From NCBI GenBank assembly GCA_003221295.1, contig QHRA01000184.1, positions 1-54,550 of the forward strand: a stretch of 54,550 bases of DNA. Reading direction: 5' to 3'. A program made the translations under genes and the position numbers. The DNA comes from Verrucomicrobiota bacterium. GTDB lineage: Bacteria > Verrucomicrobiota > Verrucomicrobiia > Chthoniobacterales > UBA10450. Below, one piece after another: positions 51,261-54,550 of this stretch (position 1 is its first letter; each line of letters opens with the position of its first letter). The notes beneath the pieces are model-generated. The model made no database searches, was not told the origin of the DNA, and worked only from the letters and a program-made list of their open reading frames with translations.

Positions 51261-53561
51261 TCAGCTGAGCGCGACTGGTTTCTTTGCTTCCTCGATGAGT
51301 TTGTCGAACCGCGGATCGTCGCGCAGCGGATCCCACCACGGATGCAGACGCAATTGGCCATAAGAGACGTGCCCGGGAATTTGCAGGTGGTCTTCCAATT
51401 GTTTCAGCGCAAGATCTTTCTCGCCAGTCCAGGCATAGATAATCGCCAGATTTCTTACCAACTCCGCGCCCAGCACCGCATCCTTCGAAACGGGACAGAG
51501 TTCGACGGCGCGTCGCCCCTCAGCCAGTGCTTCTTCCTTGCGGCCAAGAGCGGCATCGGACATTGCAAGAACGCAGAGAGCTTCAGCATATTCAGCTTCC
51601 CTAACTATCGCCTCCATCTCGGCGCGCGCGGCAGTAAACGCCCTTTCCGCAGTCGCTACGTCGTCCTGCGCCCGCGCCGCCAGTCCTTCACAAAAATGAT
51701 GAGGCATTCGGACATTGACCGGAATGATTCCCTCCGGCGGCACCGAAGCTAAAGCGCGGGTTACTTCAGCAAAGTCGCGGCGGCAAAGAGCAAGATAGAA
51801 CCATTGCTCGGCGATTTCATCCACCGCACTTGGATCTACGCTCACAACATCCTGAATGGCGTCGTAGCCAGGTTGCGTATCGGCGTGCCATTCGAGATCG
51901 ACCAAAGCTCGCGCGACGCGCGTGTTCGCGTCGCCGGGAAGGGCGGCGAGAGCGCGATCCAAAGTGTGCGCCGAATCGGAAAATCGCCGGAGCGATTGAT
52001 ACGCCCCAGCAGTTTGTTGAAGCAAGAACCAGTTATGCGGATCGAGTTCGGCCGCTCGCTCAAAATTGCTTATACACTGCTCCCAGTGGCCCTGCCGACG
52101 AGCGATGAAACCGGCTAACTTGAAAACGGCTGGATCATTCGGTAATCCGCGCTGGGCGATGGCGAGCTCGGCCAGGGCTGCTTGATAATCGCGATAGCAG
52201 TGATAGTGGATGCCCGCTGCGGCGAGGTGGGACTCGCCTCGATCAGGGGCAAGGCGCAAAGCCTTATCTCGGGCCTCGTTGGCAAGCCTAAGGCGCGCCG
52301 GGCTGTGATCGACTCCGCTAAAGTAAAGCTGCACATGGCCCACCGCGAGCTGACAATAGGCAAGCAAGAAGGCGGGATCGTGTGCGACGGCCTGGTCGAG
52401 CAAACGTATGGCATGGCGGGTTTGCTCTACCCGGCGAGTGTCGAAGGTAGCCATTTCAACGAGTTTTTTGCCACGGAGATAACGATCATAGGCGACAATG
52501 TTTGCTGTCGGTGCTTGCTCGATCGCGGCTTTCTCCGCCGGTGCAAGCTTCGCCTGAAGTTGGTCCGCCACTGCTTTGGCAATTTCGCTCTGGATTGCGA
52601 AGACGTCATCGAGCGGCCGATGATAATTTTCCGCCCAAAGATGGGCATCGGTTCTGGCGTCGATTAACTGCGTGCTAACCCGCACGCGATTTCCTGCGCG
52701 CTGGACGTTGCCTTCCAGGAGATGTGCAACGCCTAATTCGTTTGCAATTTGGCGCAGATTGCGCGTCGGCGCGCGGTACTGCATCACCGAGCTGCGACTG
52801 ATCACTTTGAGATCAGCGATCTTCGCCAGGTTGGTTAGGATCTCGTCCTGTACGCCATCGGCGAAAAACGCATTCTCCGGGTCGGCGCTTAGATTTTCGA
52901 ACGGCAACACCGCGATGCTTTTTTCCGGAACAGTAGAAGGTGCTGCAGCGGGAGTGACTGCTGGCTTAGGCGCGGCTTGATGCTGGGATACTTTCGCTGG
53001 CGGTTCAGGATTGCCGAGCTCTTCGGTGTAAACATTCACGATTCCGAGCTGGACTCCGTGTTTCACTTCGATTTCGCCAATCTCGTGTAAATGCGGCTGC
53101 CAGAGGCTGTCCTGCGAAAGATCGTCCGCAACGCGTTGCGACACCAGAATGTGTCCGGCATCGCCGCAATCCATGATTCGCTGGGCCACGTTGATTCCGG
53201 CGCCGGCCACGTTGGACCTGTTGTTGACATCTTTAACTTGATCGACCGGGCCGCTGTGCACACCCATGCGCAGCCGAAGGCGCGGATGGTTTTTTAAAGC
53301 CCGGCTAATTTCCAGGGCGCACTGCACCGGCTCCTCCGGACTTTCGAAAAAGACCAAGGCCATCCCATCGCCGGAAGGAATGGAAATGAGTTTCCCCCGC
53401 GCGTCGCTCTTGCGGAATTGCGCAGTTTTGCGCACGACCTGATTGAGTTGGTGCACCACCTCTCGCTGCTCGTTGACGAGCAGCCTTGAGTAAGCCACCA
53501 CGTCCATAAACAAGACGTGTCCAATCGCGAGGTGCGGATCGGATTTGAGCTTAGCGGCCAT
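51261..53561 (-). CDS. Class III adenylate/guanylate cyclase + TolB-N-like + TPR protein
   Basis: Cyclase blocks HVLFMDVVAYS, SGDGMALVFF, RMGVHSGPV and GAGINVAQRI. Then EKSIAVLPFENLSADPENAFFADGVQDEILTNLAKIADLKVISRSS, TPR repeats, and tail WWDPLRDDPRFDKLIEEAKK. Start taken at MAAKLKSD. Confidence 0.82.
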   Translation of the reverse strand: MAAKLKSDPHLAIGHVLFMDVVAYSRLLVNEQREVVHQLNQVVRKTAQFRKSDARGKLISIPSGDGMALVFFESPEEPVQCALEISRALKNHPRLRLRMGVHSGPVDQVKDVNNRSNVAGAGINVAQRIMDCGDAGHILVSQRVADDLSQDSLWQPHLHEIGEIEVKHGVQLGIVNVYTEELGNPEPPAKVSQHQAAPKPAVTPAAAPSTVPEKSIAVLPFENLSADPENAFFADGVQDEILTNLAKIADLKVISRSSVMQYRAPTRNLRQIANELGVAHLLEGNVQRAGNRVRVSTQLIDARTDAHLWAENYHRPLDDVFAIQSEIAKAVADQLQAKLAPAEKAAIEQAPTANIVAYDRYLRGKKLVEMATFDTRRVEQTRHAIRLLDQAVAHDPAFLLAYCQLAVGHVQLYFSGVDHSPARLRLANEARDKALRLAPDRGESHLAAAGIHYHCYRDYQAALAELAIAQRGLPNDPAVFKLAGFIARRQGHWEQCISNFERAAELDPHNWFLLQQTAGAYQSLRRFSDSAHTLDRALAALPGDANTRVARALVDLEWHADTQPGYDAIQDVVSVDPSAVDEIAEQWFYLALCRRDFAEVTRALASVPPEGIIPVNVRMPHHFCEGLAARAQDDVATAERAFTAARAEMEAIVREAEYAEALCVLAMSDAALGRKEEALAEGRRAVELCPVSKDAVLGAELVRNLAIIYAWTGEKDLALKQLEDHLQIPGHVSYGQLRLHPWWDPLRDDPRFDKLIEEAKKPVALS

Positions 53562-53678
53562 AGGTCTTTGGCGTTCTCTGTTTAACACTAATAGTTTCCA
53601 CTGGCGAGACAATGGCGGCCCAGCGCAAGCTTTTTGCAGTGCCGACTAGCTTCAAATAACGAGATCTCCGGCTTTCAA

Positions 53679-53740
53679 CTGTAGCGGCGCTCTATGAGCC
53701 GTTGTATTTCAGATTCGGCGGTCGTAGACCGCCGCTACAG
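53679..53740. repeat. CTGTAGCGGCG inverted repeat enclosing a 7-bp hairpin, downstream of pssA
   Basis: ctgtagcggcg ... ggcggtcgtagaccgcc ... cgccgctacag (the inner stem overlaps the right arm). Confidence 0.7.
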
Positions 53741-53766
53741 AAGGAATGCCAAGCGACGCGCTTGCC

Positions 53767-54550
53767 CTACAATTCGACGGCTTCGCCGTCCTCGCCTTCT
53801 TCCCCGATCTCCTCTTCGATCTCGCGCCGCCAGCGTTTCGAAACCCACGGACGCAGGAATCCGTAAAGCAAATAAACTAGAAACAGGACCGCCGGCATCC
53901 ATTCGTAATTCAAGGCGGTGAAGAACATAATGAGAATGATGGCGGCAAATCGCGGAAGCGAGCGAGTGGTGCGCCAGGTGACGGCTTTGAAACTCGGATA
54001 GCTCAGGCGGCTGAACATCATGATGGAAAGAAAAAGCATCAGCGGCGGAAGCACCCATTTCCAGCGACCGATCTCATGGTCGCGCTCACCCAGCCACCAC
54101 AGCATGAAGAGCGTGATCGATGCAATTAATCCGGCGGCGGCGGGGATGGGAAAACCGGTGAAAGCTTTTCCGTCACCGGCTCCGCCAGCAGCGGAGACGC
54201 AATTGTAGCGGGCCAACCTGAGCGCGCCGCAAACCAAATAAACAAAGGCGACGAGCCAGCCGAGGCGCGGGAAATCAATCAGCACAATCCGGTAGACCAT
54301 TAGCGCGGGCGCGACACCAAAGGAGACAATGTCGGCGAGGGAATCGAACTCGCGGCCAAAGGCGCTGTCCTGTCCCCCGAGCCGAGCCAGTCGGCCATCG
54401 AGGACATCGAAGATGCACGCCCCGAGAATGAACCAGACCGCAGCGTGAAAAAGCGTCGCTGCCTCATCCGGACTGGACCATTGGATGAGCGCGCCCTGCA
54501 CGATCTTAAGCGTGGCCGCGAATCCGCAGAACAAATTGCCCGCGGTCATC
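53767..54550 (-). CDS. pssA: CDP-diacylglycerol-serine O-phosphatidyltransferase; the 5' end probably lies beyond the window
   Basis: CDP-alcohol phosphatidyltransferase motif DGRLARLGGQDSAFGREFDSLADIVSFG, multiple TM helices and an acidic C-terminal tail. The listed ATG at 54549 sits 1 nt from the window edge. Confidence 0.85.
   Translation of the reverse strand, partial: MTAGNLFCGFAATLKIVQGALIQWSSPDEAATLFHAAVWFILGACIFDVLDGRLARLGGQDSAFGREFDSLADIVSFGVAPALMVYRIVLIDFPRLGWLVAFVYLVCGALRLARYNCVSAAGGAGDGKAFTGFPIPAAAGLIASITLFMLWWLGERDHEIGRWKWVLPPLMLFLSIMMFSRLSYPSFKAVTWRTTRSLPRFAAIILIMFFTALNYEWMPAVLFLVYLLYGFLRPWVSKRWRREIEEEIGEEGEDGEAVEL

Overview
This 54.5-kb chromosomal segment holds about 45 protein genes and one tRNA-Cys. 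I found no rRNA, CRISPR array, transposase or integrase. Gene content and repeat style suggest a Verrucomicrobiota-like soil bacterium, but that is inference only. Recognisable genes, left to right: the dockerin-bearing tail of a secreted protein; a B12-binding radical SAM enzyme; xylFGH, interrupted by a frameshifted four-helix-bundle gene cassette; a GH25 muramidase; a decayed cyclase-TPR gene; tRNA-Cys; hemL; a GH-A/GT2 fusion synthase with a GT-C partner; an RluD-family synthase; a Zn-ribbon Ser/Thr kinase with a thioredoxin-like protein; an octaheme cytochrome c; a ClpX paralogue without the zinc-binding domain, coupled to a membrane cyclase-like protein; recR; lipA; a GT2; a Cys-less MsrB-like protein; rarD; two large TolB-N/TPR paralogues; a convergent T2SS-like cluster (gspF-orf357-gspG facing gspHIJK-L-M-like-orf212); an FTR1 permease-beta-barrel-cytochrome c trio; a 1068-aa BNR/Asp-box protein; DoxX; a sugar nucleotidyltransferase; and pssA (partial). 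Intergenic space, and several 5' gene ends, are packed with modular GC-rich hairpin repeats and word-like tandem repeats. Candidates I rank highest for something undescribed: the ClpX-like/degenerate-cyclase pair, the Cys-less membrane-anchored MsrB homologue, the T2SS-like cluster with its unknown components, the FTR1-barrel-cytochrome trio, and the hairpin repeat system that shows compensatory stem changes and sits inside the only usable 5' reading frames. All functional calls come from motif reading by eye. No database search was possible.
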